Assembly: GCA_965197525.1 (NCBI GenBank)
Contig: OZ240211.1
Span: forward strand, 608,001-672,000
Direction: 5' to 3'
Source: Nitrosopumilus sp.
GTDB taxonomy: Archaea; Thermoproteota; Nitrososphaeria; Nitrososphaerales; Nitrosopumilaceae
Length of the DNA: 64,000 nucleotides
Shown one piece after another: positions 38,462 through 48,025 of the stretch (positions are counted from its first letter, which is position 1; each line of letters starts with the position of its first letter). The notes under the pieces were generated by a model. The model made no database searches. It was given only the letters and a program-made list of their open reading frames with translations, and had not been told where the DNA came from. The position numbers were made by a program, and so were the translations under genes.

Positions 38462-38971
38462 TTATTTCCTAGGATTGTCGTTAGGAGGTGACGATGCAGA
38501 GCTGGAACCCAAGTTTGGTGAAGATGGATTAGAAGAACCAGTACTGTTTGGATTATTGTTATTGTTATTATTGTCGCTAGCGCCAGCAGCATTGCCACTA
38601 CTATTACTGCTACTACCACCACTACCACTCTTCATCATTGTAGTTATCTTGGCTTCTTGTTCTTTGAGTGATTCTTTGAGACGGGTCTCTTGTTTTGTGA
38701 GAACCAAGACACGTGTTTTGCCCAGTTCTAACTTCTCTTCTAACTCGTCAATCAACTCTTGCTTTTTTGATTTTATCAACACCAGACCAGTCTGTTTAAA
38801 CACAGAATCGCCATCCGGGACTTTCTTTAATTCTTCAAGTGCTTTCTCTGTTTCAGCTTTTTCAATTTCAAGATGCTGTTTTTGACTCATAACTGCCTGA
38901 AGGTTCTGCTCAGATTGTTGCATTTTCATAATTTGCTCTTGTAGCCATGGTGGCATCTGTCCTGCTGACAT
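38462..38971 (-). CDS. pfdB: Prefoldin beta subunit with a low-complexity C-terminal extension
   Basis: Coiled coils flanking VFKQTGLVLIK, followed by an S/G/N/P-rich tail of about 50 aa. Confidence 0.92.
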   Translation of the reverse strand: MSAGQMPPWLQEQIMKMQQSEQNLQAVMSQKQHLEIEKAETEKALEELKKVPDGDSVFKQTGLVLIKSKKQELIDELEEKLELGKTRVLVLTKQETRLKESLKEQEAKITTMMKSGSGGSSSNSSGNAAGASDNNNNNNNPNSTGSSNPSSPNLGSSSASSPPNDNPRK

Positions 38972-39173
38972 GTATAATCATAAAATCTATGTCATTATAT
39001 CTTTAACGATAACACAGACTTTCACACTAATTAGTTGTATATGATTTTTCCTTCTGTTTTGTTATTCGATGTCCGAAAAGTAGTATACCATCACCGTATA
39101 TCGTAGGAGGAACGTGTCATGACTGATCTCCTACAAGAGATCCAATAACCCTATTATCCTGATTGCAGAATAG

Positions 39174-39433
39174 AAGAAGCACAACCATATGATCAACTCC
39201 GCAAGGGTACTAGTAGAGCATTCTATCGGAAGGATCAATCGTACGCACACCTGACAGATCCGTATGAAGATATCTAGGCGAATTCAGCAAGGAGTTCAAC
39301 GTGATCACAAGATTGGCAAACCTGCACTTGTTCTGGAATAAGATCGACAGGAGTCCGCCGCCATCCGGTAGATGGAGACGAGGATTGAATGAAACTGAAC
39401 CACCGCCTTCAACAGCGGCTTTCATTTTCTCTT
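39174..39433 (+). pseudogene. Frameshifted relic of an IS5-family (DDE_Tnp_4-like) transposase C-terminus
   Basis: KKHNHMINSARVLVEHSIGRI, then after frameshifts GEFSKEFNVITRLANLHLFW. Matches the N..I...R..VEH.IGR.K signature. Confidence 0.6.
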
Positions 39434-39766
39434 AAATCTTTCAAAAACATGCTTGTCCTCGTCCAACCAAGCTAAGACGCTGTGAACGAATATTGCAAAC
39501 AATGTCCAAACCACTACAGTTCCAACAAAACCTATGATTACTGCAGTGTATTCAATAAATTCGGTTACGGGTTCCATCCTGCCCCCCATTAGCACAGAAG
39601 TCGAAACAACAAAAATGAGAAATGTTTCAGGGCCCCCGCGCAGTATGCTGGAAAATCCTAACAGAGCAAACAGCGCAGACAGTAGTCCATAGGATACAAA
39701 CCCAAGCACAAATAGCAGCTTTGACCGGCCCAAAATTTTTACAAATACTGTCAACCGTACTATCAT
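39422..39766 (-). CDS. Hypothetical membrane protein
   Basis: 114-aa ORF with about three hydrophobic segments. Confidence 0.5.
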   Translation of the reverse strand: MIVRLTVFVKILGRSKLLFVLGFVSYGLLSALFALLGFSSILRGGPETFLIFVVSTSVLMGGRMEPVTEFIEYTAVIIGFVGTVVVWTLFAIFVHSVLAWLDEDKHVFERFKRK

Positions 39767-40115
39767 TTATCTTGTATGAAAAGTTATTCATCTCCTGTCC
39801 AATAGAGCAAAACAGTTGAGAAACCACGCCGGGAGGTCAAAAAATACTCCGAGTTTGTTTTGGAGATCATAGAGACTTATAATTTATGGTGCAATATCAG
39901 ACTCACATCAATATTTTTATAAAAAAAATCAACGGTCTGACGTTTCTCAAATTTGTCAAAAAACTATTGGAACTATGTGAATCGACCCATGAAATAATAC
40001 GCAAAAAACTTGTTTGTTAAATACATTTTCAACTTCTGATGTAGTATATAATGTTTAGTTCAATTCAAATTGAAGTAATGGTTATCAATGGTGTGTTTAG
40101 AATACATATAACAAC

Positions 40116-40931
40116 ATGAAAAACATAACAAAAACGACAAAGACGTTATTGTTTGCATCTTTGATCGTTACAATGATCCTGACATTCAACATGGTTGGGA
40201 ACGCGCAGGCGACATATAATGTGCAAAACGTAGAAAACAACAATGAAAAGTATGACTTTCTGGCCAAAGCGACATCAGAAACAGGTACATGGGAAGAACA
40301 AATGATCAACGGCGAACACATCGAACTGTGGAAATACATCGTGGTAGAACACAACGATCAAACCAAACATGTAGTCTTGAATATATTGGTGTACGACAAG
40401 CATGGCAACGAAGTTGGAGATTACGACATAGAGTTCAAGACCAAGTACGATTCTGCGACGGATACGTACGATGTCTACAACACATTACTGGATGAGACGA
40501 AAAAAATAAGCAGGGAAGGCAACGACAACTCATTGCAGACAAACGGACATACCGAAATTGGTTCCCAAATACAACCAGATGGCATAGTGGTAGCAAACCC
40601 TTATAGCATTCAGGTAGTTAACAGCTGGACAAATTTTATCGTAAGTCCTGACAATGAATTTGGTAGTGACAGCTATTCCCAATGTGGGGATAGTTGGTAT
40701 GTAGATTTCACATCCAATGGTTCGTCAGGGTTGAGAGAGTACTCGTTCTCAGGACAGTACTATTATCTTGGCTGGTGCATATTTCCGAACAATTTTGAAC
40801 GAGCTTACGTCAAGGCTTGGCAAGGTGACTGGCAAGAAACCGATGCATACAATTTCCACATCGGAACACATTCCGAGCATGACATCGACATGTCAGATCC
40901 GCTTACACTACAAGTAGTATGGTACTATTGA
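40116..40931 (+). CDS. Secreted hypothetical protein with a KTTKTLLFASLI-type signal peptide
   Basis: Signal peptide ending in AQA. From recall, this leader style recurs in Nitrosopumilaceae accessory secreted proteins. Confidence 0.75.
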   Translation: MKNITKTTKTLLFASLIVTMILTFNMVGNAQATYNVQNVENNNEKYDFLAKATSETGTWEEQMINGEHIELWKYIVVEHNDQTKHVVLNILVYDKHGNEVGDYDIEFKTKYDSATDTYDVYNTLLDETKKISREGNDNSLQTNGHTEIGSQIQPDGIVVANPYSIQVVNSWTNFIVSPDNEFGSDSYSQCGDSWYVDFTSNGSSGLREYSFSGQYYYLGWCIFPNNFERAYVKAWQGDWQETDAYNFHIGTHSEHDIDMSDPLTLQVVWYY

Positions 40932-40996
40932 CATCATAAATGCAATTCCCAATTCTTATATTTTTTTATACTGTTCAAGTTGACATCTGATCTAAC

Positions 40997-41389
40997 ATGA
41001 ACAAAGTTCTTCTACCAATCATAATCGGTATCGGATTGTCAATTCCGTTTGTTACAGGCTATTTGAGTTCCGAAAATTCCACCACCAACATCGATTCCAG
41101 AATTTTAGAATTTTACGAAGAGTTCGTGTTACAGTCAAATGCTGTCGTACATTCAGTCGACTTGATGTATGACGACATTCCATATATTGTACTAATATTC
41201 GACAGGACCCACGCCGGACATGTGGTTATGAACGATCCGCTTCTTTTGTTTCAGGAATTGTTTCCAGATGAGAACGTGACGATGCTGGTAGTGCTTGCGG
41301 ATGGAAAAGAGATACCGTATGATACGGAAAACAATCTACTGCGATTCAACTTTAGTAACACGGAAATCGTGGTGATAGGAGGTAAATAG
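40997..41389 (+). CDS. Membrane-anchored hypothetical protein
   Basis: N-terminal hydrophobic segment; 130 aa. Confidence 0.7.
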   Translation: MNKVLLPIIIGIGLSIPFVTGYLSSENSTTNIDSRILEFYEEFVLQSNAVVHSVDLMYDDIPYIVLIFDRTHAGHVVMNDPLLLFQELFPDENVTMLVVLADGKEIPYDTENNLLRFNFSNTEIVVIGGK

Positions 41390-41390
41390 T

Positions 41391-41522
41391 TTACGCTGTT
41401 CCAAACTCAGGACATTTGTCACTAGTGTTCAATTAGGGACAACACTATGGTCTGTTTTACACTGTTCAAAATTTGGGATACTTCCGGTTACTGTTCAATT
41501 GGAGATATAGATTATAGAGATT
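41391..41522. repeat. Degenerate 66-bp tandem duplication with four TGTTC(A/C)A...G(G/A)(C/T)A submotifs
   Basis: TTACGCTGTTCCAAA at 41391 and TTACACTGTTCAAAA at 41457; TGTTCAATT at 41426 and 41492. Confidence 0.65.
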
Positions 41523-41566
41523 ATGGGTAATTGATTATGCATAATCTAGATTACCCATAATCTCTA
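41515..41566. repeat. 52-bp near-perfect palindrome/hairpin
   Basis: TAGAGATTATGGGTAAT (41515-41531) is the exact reverse complement of 41550-41566 and encloses the palindrome GATTATGCATAATC. Confidence 0.9.
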
Positions 41567-41608
41567 ATAACAAAAACAGCATATCATCACGCCAAAGTAC
41601 AAGCTTGG

Positions 41609-41878
41609 CTATCGATGATCTTTTGCACTAGTTGTTGTTGATTCAATGGAATCATAACTTGCTTGTACAAGTCTGAGTGTAGAGTTCAAATTGGCTCGCA
41701 GATGTGCCAGATTATCTGATTCTACTGAAATGACAATATCTTGATCTTCTTTAAATTGTATAATGGTTTTTACTGGATTTTCAGGATAAAATTCATTGTC
41801 AATATTAACAGAATTGTATATTGCACGTGAACGATCTTTGGCATCAATTGTTATTTTTGCACTATAATTTGACGTCAT
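41609..41878 (-). CDS. pcc1: KEOPS complex subunit Pcc1
   Basis: HLRANLNSTLRLV motif, at the canonical position after L37ae. Confidence 0.8.
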   Translation of the reverse strand: MTSNYSAKITIDAKDRSRAIYNSVNIDNEFYPENPVKTIIQFKEDQDIVISVESDNLAHLRANLNSTLRLVQASYDSIESTTTSAKDHR

Positions 41879-42074
41879 ATGCTGTTCCAGCCACTTTATA
41901 GCTGCATTTTTTACAAGACCAGATACCTACTGCGTCACGTCCAAACGACTGAGAACCGCATTGAGGACAGATTCTCTTCTCTTTTAGTTGTAAGTGAATC
42001 TTGGTATACTGTTTTCTAAGTTTGATTCCGTATCTAGCGCCCAAACCTTTGAGGGATTTTTTTGCTTTGGCCAT
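41862..42074 (-). CDS. rpl37ae: Ribosomal protein L37ae (eL43)
   Basis: GARYG, CPQCG and GIWSCKKC. Confidence 0.95.
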   Translation of the reverse strand: MAKAKKSLKGLGARYGIKLRKQYTKIHLQLKEKRICPQCGSQSFGRDAVGIWSCKKCSYKVAGTAYDVKL

Positions 42075-42895
42075 TATGATGTACTGCCTCTTTGAATTTC
42101 AAGAAATTGTTCTCGTATCTTCGCACCAACTCTAACACTGATATCTCCACACTGATTAATCTCATCTTGTGTAAATCCTCCACTGCCTCCCTTCTGTAAA
42201 GCGCATATATTGCCATCAGAGTCGCTAGTAATGGTGATACGTGCATCCATGACGCCCCATTCATTGCCGTTTGGATCAACAATGATATGATCCCCAATTT
42301 TAGCCATAGTTACAGATACAGGAATTGTGGATATTGGAAGCTGTGACGGCTCGCCTTCAACAAGAGATGGTTGTTCATCAACCCAATTCCATTTTGGAGT
42401 CTTTGATACAAGTAACGCTGCAGTTGTAGCATAAGAACATGCGTCAAACAAATTCCCGTCATAATCAACTACAACTGTATCTGCAAATACACCTATAACA
42501 GATTTATTTTTTTCAATAACAAGTTCAGTGACATCAACCATGTGGCTTTCTCTTATTCCTCTATCAACAACTCGTGCTAGTTCTATGACAGGAGGTTGAG
42601 GAGGTCCTGTCTCAACAGTAGGATGCGACAAGGGTAACAACTCAGCAGTACAGATAAACAAACCGCGATCACCGGTATCAGGAAATGGTCTGTCAGGTTG
42701 AATCTTGACGCCACATACAACCTCAGTATCACCTAGGCGAACCCTAGCAGAGCCATTTGCTTTAGGAATTGCGTTTACCTCGACAAATATTTTGCGAGGT
42801 TCATCAAATGCACGTCCATCAGAGCGTTGACCATTTTCTAACAGTTCTAGTATTTGCGTCTTTTTTAATTGGTCAATAACTGAGGTAGATGTCAA
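42074..42895 (-). CDS. rrp42: Exosome subunit Rrp42
   Basis: RNase PH fold: R.DGR..DE.R, ANGSA.V.LG.T and ELARVVDRGIRES. Confidence 0.95.
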   Translation of the reverse strand: MTSTSVIDQLKKTQILELLENGQRSDGRAFDEPRKIFVEVNAIPKANGSARVRLGDTEVVCGVKIQPDRPFPDTGDRGLFICTAELLPLSHPTVETGPPQPPVIELARVVDRGIRESHMVDVTELVIEKNKSVIGVFADTVVVDYDGNLFDACSYATTAALLVSKTPKWNWVDEQPSLVEGEPSQLPISTIPVSVTMAKIGDHIIVDPNGNEWGVMDARITITSDSDGNICALQKGGSGGFTQDEINQCGDISVRVGAKIREQFLEIQRGSTS

Positions 42896-43647
42896 CTTTG
42901 ATCGTTACCTCCTCCACTACCATCTTGTCCAAAGTATTTATCATGTAATGCTTTTCTCTGGAGATCATAAACTATCTTACAGCCTTTAACACCAACATCA
43001 ACACATCGTTTGTATTCATCAGGGGTCAGAACACCATCTAGTTGTAGTAGTGTGATTTTATCAAGATTTGGCATGTAACCGATTGGCATGTCTGCCTGAC
43101 CAGCTTGATCCTCTTCGTTGTTGACATCAAGAATTATAGTATCTGCTACTTTACCCGAGGCACATGCTGCAACCATATCCCGCATTGGAATTCCAGCATC
43201 AGCTAGTGCAACAGAGGCTGCAGAAAGGGCAGCACATCTTGTACCGCCATCGGCTTGTAGCACCTCAATAAATACATCTACTGCAGTTCTAGGGAATTTA
43301 TCAAGCATGACTGCAGGCTCTAGTGCTTCTTTGATAACTTTAGAGATCTCAATCTCCCGTCTTGAGGGAGCAGGATTCTTTCGTTCACCTACAGAGAAAG
43401 GTTCCATGTGGTATCTAACCCTTAAAATTCCGGTATCAGTATTTGACATATGTTTTGGATGAACGTCTCTTGGACCAAATATACCGACTAGAATTTTGTT
43501 ATCACCAAACTCGATATAAGCTGAGCCGTCAGCATTCTTTAGTCCACCAGCTCGAATCATAATTCGTCTTGGCTCATCAATTTTACGTCCATCGCAACGA
43601 ATTCCATTCTCATCCAATAAGACCATGGTTGCATCTCTACCACCCAT
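42892..43647 (-). CDS. rrp41: Exosome subunit Rrp41
   Basis: ADGSAYIEFG, PSRREIEISKVI and ADGGTR. Confidence 0.96.
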   Translation of the reverse strand: MGGRDATMVLLDENGIRCDGRKIDEPRRIMIRAGGLKNADGSAYIEFGDNKILVGIFGPRDVHPKHMSNTDTGILRVRYHMEPFSVGERKNPAPSRREIEISKVIKEALEPAVMLDKFPRTAVDVFIEVLQADGGTRCAALSAASVALADAGIPMRDMVAACASGKVADTIILDVNNEEDQAGQADMPIGYMPNLDKITLLQLDGVLTPDEYKRCVDVGVKGCKIVYDLQRKALHDKYFGQDGSGGGNDQS

Positions 43648-44333
43648 TATGATTCATCCTTTTTTTCCAACATTTCTTTCACTTGATCAGTCAAATTAGC
43701 AATGTGTGCTTTTTCATTAACCATTTGTATAGCCTTTTTAGCCTTTAATAACCCCTCTGGTGATTCACAAGAGACTACAACCCAGCCATTCTGACCTATA
43801 GTGATTGCAGCATTAGTTGCCATCTCGATGGTTTGTATCATAGTGCCCCTCTTTCCAATTAGACGTGGAACTTTGCTAGGCGATATGGTTACGAGGTCAC
43901 CTGAATCAATCTTACCTAAATCACGGTCGGCAATAGTTACCAATGGGTCACGGGTTCTATCAAAATTAGCAATTCTTGCAGCAACTAGATCACCTGTGTT
44001 TAGTTTAGATGTAAGTTCGTCTGCATGTGCAGAGAAGTCTCGCCCAAAGACATCCTGGGCAGGTAGGAATCCTACATAACACGAATTAATATCAAGCTCC
44101 CAAGACAATGATGTATGAGATAGTACTTTGCCAATGATTAAATCATTGATTTTAGGTATATACTTTCCAGTTAATGGTATGACTTTGACAGCGTCATCAT
44201 AAATTTCAGATATGCCAATAGTAGTAGATATGATCTCAGCACCGTCTAAAATCACATTTTGCTCAGGTCGAAACGGTCCTTTGGTTACTACATCACCTGG
44301 GATAACGTATTTGCGTTTACTGTCTGCCATCAC
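43647..44333 (-). CDS. rrp4: Exosome RNA-binding subunit Rrp4
   Basis: S1 (YIPKINDLIIG) and KH (VPRLIGKRG, GQNG) domains. Confidence 0.95.
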   Translation of the reverse strand: MMADSKRKYVIPGDVVTKGPFRPEQNVILDGAEIISTTIGISEIYDDAVKVIPLTGKYIPKINDLIIGKVLSHTSLSWELDINSCYVGFLPAQDVFGRDFSAHADELTSKLNTGDLVAARIANFDRTRDPLVTIADRDLGKIDSGDLVTISPSKVPRLIGKRGTMIQTIEMATNAAITIGQNGWVVVSCESPEGLLKAKKAIQMVNEKAHIANLTDQVKEMLEKKDES

Positions 44334-45016
44334 TGAATCATCTCAACTGTTGCAGATCCTCTAGTTATTGAGCCTAATCTATCTATCATAGATGGTCTTG
44401 CAGCTGCGGGTATTTCAAGTATTGCTTTTAAAGAACCGTTATTTTGCCATTCTTCTTTACGTAACGAGCCCATAGATTTGAGAACAGAATAAGATTGAGA
44501 GGCATACTGTGCAGGAACGGTTATCTCTAATTGAAGATTCTCGGATTTTAAGGCAATAATAGAACGTAATTTATCAACAATGTCTTTGACTTGTTCATCC
44601 ACATGTTTATGAGGATCAATTGAGACCCGCGCATCTTTCATAGCTTGATCAATTCGGAGGGGAGGGTGTGGGAGGTGCGTCTTAGGATCTACGTAGGTCT
44701 TTGCAATAGAGGTAACAATCTGTTTTCTCTTCTCGTCGATCATCTTTCGACGTTGATCAGTTGTAAGATTCAGATCCCCTTTTTGGAGAATAATCTCAGC
44801 AATTGCAGTTTGATCTTCAGTCTGGAATGCGTTTAGCAGCTTTTCAGTAGATGGCCTGGTGCCTTTTCCAGAATCGGTATAGATATCATCAGATACTAGA
44901 ACAGCAGATATGTCTCTTTTTTTGCCTAGCTTGTACTCTAGTGCAGGATCAGGTTTTACCATAATCTCAAACTTTTCTCCCTTGAAAGAGTATCGTACTA
45001 GTGTGACATCTACCAT
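44330..45016 (-). CDS. sdo1: Ribosome maturation factor SBDS/Sdo1
   Basis: GEKFEI, DPKTHLPHPPLRI and conserved operon position. Confidence 0.93.
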   Translation of the reverse strand: MVDVTLVRYSFKGEKFEIMVKPDPALEYKLGKKRDISAVLVSDDIYTDSGKGTRPSTEKLLNAFQTEDQTAIAEIILQKGDLNLTTDQRRKMIDEKRKQIVTSIAKTYVDPKTHLPHPPLRIDQAMKDARVSIDPHKHVDEQVKDIVDKLRSIIALKSENLQLEITVPAQYASQSYSVLKSMGSLRKEEWQNNGSLKAILEIPAAARPSMIDRLGSITRGSATVEMIQ

Positions 45017-45025
45017 GTTTAAGAC

Positions 45026-45358
45026 TTGTATTATAGCTTATTATTTAGTTATTCGGATAACCAGTCTACATTCCCAATATTTTGGGAGATGTTTTGGTTC
45101 CAGGAGGACACCATAAACGCCACAGAGACTTGTAAAGACGTTTTTAGACATAATGCCAGAAATAAAACCAGTAGATACACAGATAAAACTTGTCCAAAAA
45201 TTTATTTCAGCAGAATTGGGAAGAGATTTCCATCTAGTAAAATATCTGAACTACTGCATAGTGGTACACAATGCAGGATACATAATGAGATTAAGCAGTT
45301 AATGGAGAATGGTTTACTAGAGGTACTAGTTGTCACTACAACCATTACAATCTGCTAA
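45026..45358 (+). CDS. Hypothetical or degraded ORF
   Basis: 110-aa ORF with no clear motif, in an eroded accessory tract. Confidence 0.25.
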   Translation: MYYSLLFSYSDNQSTFPIFWEMFWFQEDTINATETCKDVFRHNARNKTSRYTDKTCPKIYFSRIGKRFPSSKISELLHSGTQCRIHNEIKQLMENGLLEVLVVTTTITIC

Positions 45359-45489
45359 ATCTTGAGCACAATTCCATCTACGATTCGTATAATACAAAAT
45401 ATATGGTACAGCGTTGTATGTATTAGTATGAGAATGCCGTTCGCGCATCTCTAGAGGAGTAGTCTTTCTGCATGTGTGTGGACCTGCTT

Positions 45490-45790
45490 CTCGTCCTTAT
45501 TCAAATTTAGAAGATCCTTTATGCCAAAACCGTATAATTTACCGCCAGAATAAAAAACGCCTGTGAGAAACACGGTATCAAACTAGTCGATATCAACGTA
45601 CGTTACACTTCCCAAACGTGTAGTATGTGGTAAAATAGACAAGAAATCTCATGCGACTTAAAATCTATTCAAGTGTACAGCTAGTGGTTATAAAACAAAT
45701 GCAGACATCAATGTAGCATACAACATAGCTGCCAAGGCGCCGAGACGGTCGTCTATAGACACAATCATGTAGACGGTTTGAATCCGTCAA
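45490..45790 (+). pseudogene. tnpB: Relic of a different tnpB (C-terminal Zn finger/RuvC-III) with a hairpin right end
   Basis: IKNACEKHGIKLVDINVRYTSQTCS, then after frameshifts NLFKCTASGYKTNADINVAYNIA. Hairpin GACGG-TTTGAAT-CCGTC (45772-45788) ends in TCAA. Confidence 0.75.
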
Positions 45791-45999
45791 CTAGAGAAGA
45801 TATTTGGGTTTTTTTCTGTTTACTACATATCTATAATCTCATTTTCTCTAAAAGGATACTGTAGAACTAAAGCACAAAAGATGCTTTAAAATACAAAAAT
45901 CTCGATAACATAGAGATTGTAGTTATAAACGGATTTAACGTGTATCGACATCACAGCTAGCTAGATTTTTATGTGGATTTTAGAGAATTTTATCAAGAT

Positions 46000-46638
46000 T
46001 TGTCCTCCTTGGAAGTAGTCAGTAGAGATAGTAACAAGATATCAATAAAACTTAGAGATATTCCACTACAATATGCAAATGCGTTAAGACGGATATGTCT
46101 AAACGGTGTTCCAATCTTTGCAATTGACACAGTAGATATTATTGAAAACTCATCAGTGCTACCAGATGAGGGTCTAGCGCATAGATTAGGGCTAATTCCA
46201 ATAACTACAGATCTATCAAGATTCAACGAGCCATCTGAGTGTGAATGTCAAAGTGAAACTGGATGTTCTAACTGTAAAGTAATGCTGGTTTTAGATTCAG
46301 GCAACTCCAACACTACACGTACGGTGTTATCTGATGAGATATCATCAGAGGATGATTCCATAAAACCAGTATCAGGCAAGGTTCCAATCGTTCAACTAGC
46401 ACCGGGACAGAGGATAAAGATAGAATGCTATGCAAGACTAGGCCGCGGAACAGAACACGCCAAATGGAATGCTGCAAACATATCAACTCTGACTGATACT
46501 GATAAAGAAAATATCAAGCTTTTAACCGTAGAATCAACAGGAGCACTCAATCCAGAGCAGATAATCATAGCAGGAGTTGACGAGGTCAGCAACAGAATTG
46601 AACAGTTTAAAGATATGATCGATGCAATTGACGAATAA
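46000..46638 (+). CDS. rpoD: RNA polymerase subunit Rpo3 (D)
   Basis: ANALRR, LAHRLGLIP, Cys cluster and G.G.EHAKW. TTG at 46000 is preferred as the start. Confidence 0.95.
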   Translation: MSSLEVVSRDSNKISIKLRDIPLQYANALRRICLNGVPIFAIDTVDIIENSSVLPDEGLAHRLGLIPITTDLSRFNEPSECECQSETGCSNCKVMLVLDSGNSNTTRTVLSDEISSEDDSIKPVSGKVPIVQLAPGQRIKIECYARLGRGTEHAKWNAANISTLTDTDKENIKLLTVESTGALNPEQIIIAGVDEVSNRIEQFKDMIDAIDE

Positions 46639-46669
46639 ATCATTAATACACATTATTATTTGGGTTTGA

Positions 46670-47032
46670 ATGCGTGATAATCACATGGAAAATCAGGTAG
46701 TTGTTCGTATGGCAAAAGAGCTAAAGAAAGCATCTAAAACAAACAAGGCTCCGATTTGGGCCAAATTAGCGCAATATGCACTAAAACCATCATCGGCAAG
46801 AAGGGATCTCAATTTGAATCGTATCGACCAGCTAACAAAGGATAATGATATTGTAGTGTTTCCAGGCAAAGTACTAGGAACAGGCAACATAACGCACAAG
46901 ATTACACTGTTTTCATTCTCAATCTCTAATTCTGCAGCTGAAAAGATCATAAAAAGCGGAGGGGAGATAATAAGTCATAAAAATTTAATGGATCAGAATC
47001 CAACAGGAAAAGGAGTGGTTATGCTTGGCTAG
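46670..47032 (+). CDS. rpl18e: Ribosomal protein eL18
   Basis: VVFPGKVLGTG and operon position. Confidence 0.95.
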   Translation: MRDNHMENQVVVRMAKELKKASKTNKAPIWAKLAQYALKPSSARRDLNLNRIDQLTKDNDIVVFPGKVLGTGNITHKITLFSFSISNSAAEKIIKSGGEIISHKNLMDQNPTGKGVVMLG

Positions 47033-47576
47033 TCAAGAGACGGTTGTAAAGACAAAAAAATCCGGCAAAAAGGCAACGGCGGCAACAAAGGATAAAAGAA
47101 CACCGGACATAAAGACTGATTCTAGCACCATTATAAGAACAGACAGACCAATAGTTATAGATGCAACAGACCACATAGCAGGGAGACTAGCATCAAATGT
47201 AGCAAAATTATTAATCAAAGGGAGCAGAGTGTCGGTTGTAAATTGTGAAAAGATAATGATGAGCGGTACAAGAAGCAACCAGATAAAAGAGTATAGAGAA
47301 TTTTTAGAGATTAACAGCATTATAAATCCAAAACATGGACCTGTCCATTATAGAAGACCAGATACAGTAATGGCAAAGATGATCAGAGGAATGTTACCAT
47401 ACGACAGAAAACCATCAGGAAAACAAGCACACCAAAGACTACGAACGTATATTGGATCGCCTAAAGAACTAAGATCAATACCAAAGATTCAGTTTGAGAA
47501 AGCAAAAATTAAAAAAACACCATCAAACTACACAACAATAGGCGAGATATGCAAAGTGATAGGGTGGACTAGATGA
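47025..47576 (+). CDS. rpl13: Ribosomal protein uL13
   Basis: IDA..HIAGRLAS.VAK, GPVHYRRPD and RGMLP. Confidence 0.95.
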   Translation: MASQETVVKTKKSGKKATAATKDKRTPDIKTDSSTIIRTDRPIVIDATDHIAGRLASNVAKLLIKGSRVSVVNCEKIMMSGTRSNQIKEYREFLEINSIINPKHGPVHYRRPDTVMAKMIRGMLPYDRKPSGKQAHQRLRTYIGSPKELRSIPKIQFEKAKIKKTPSNYTTIGEICKVIGWTR

Positions 47577-48022
47577 CAGTACCAAAGACTGAGATTTATT
47601 TTGCAACAAGAAAGACTGCTAGTGCACATGTATACATAACAAAAGGAAAAGGCATGATTAGAATTAACAATGTGCCAGTAGAGATGATTCCGCAAGAAAC
47701 TGCTCGCGAGGTCATCTTGGCACCACTTGAGATAGCAGGTAGTGTGAGAAACAAAGTAGACATATCAATTAGAGTACGAGGTGGAGGTTTTATGGGCCAG
47801 GCAAGTGCAATTGCAACCGGAATATCAAGGGCGCTTACAGGATGGACAAAATCCAAAAAGGAACCAAAAGATCACCCACTCCCAAAATCTACTAGAGAAG
47901 ATCTCAGAAAACGTATTACAGATTTTGACAAGTATCTAGTTAGAGGGGACGCTAGAAGAAAAGAGCCAAAAAAGTTTGGTGGACCTGGTGCTAGACGAAG
48001 AAAGCAGAAATCATATCGTTAG
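47573..48022 (+). CDS. rps9: Ribosomal protein uS9
   Basis: V.GGG..GQA and RRKEPKKFGGPGARRRKQKSYR. Confidence 0.97.
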   Translation: MTVPKTEIYFATRKTASAHVYITKGKGMIRINNVPVEMIPQETAREVILAPLEIAGSVRNKVDISIRVRGGGFMGQASAIATGISRALTGWTKSKKEPKDHPLPKSTREDLRKRITDFDKYLVRGDARRKEPKKFGGPGARRRKQKSYR

Positions 48023-48025
48023 GCT

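Noticed and set aside
39210-39425. 71-aa minus-strand ORF
   Set aside because: Shadow of the + strand IS5-like relic.
45772-45788. GTTTGAATCC resembling a tRNA T-arm (att site)
   Set aside because: No acceptor-stem half follows. It is better explained as the right-end hairpin of the tnpB relic.
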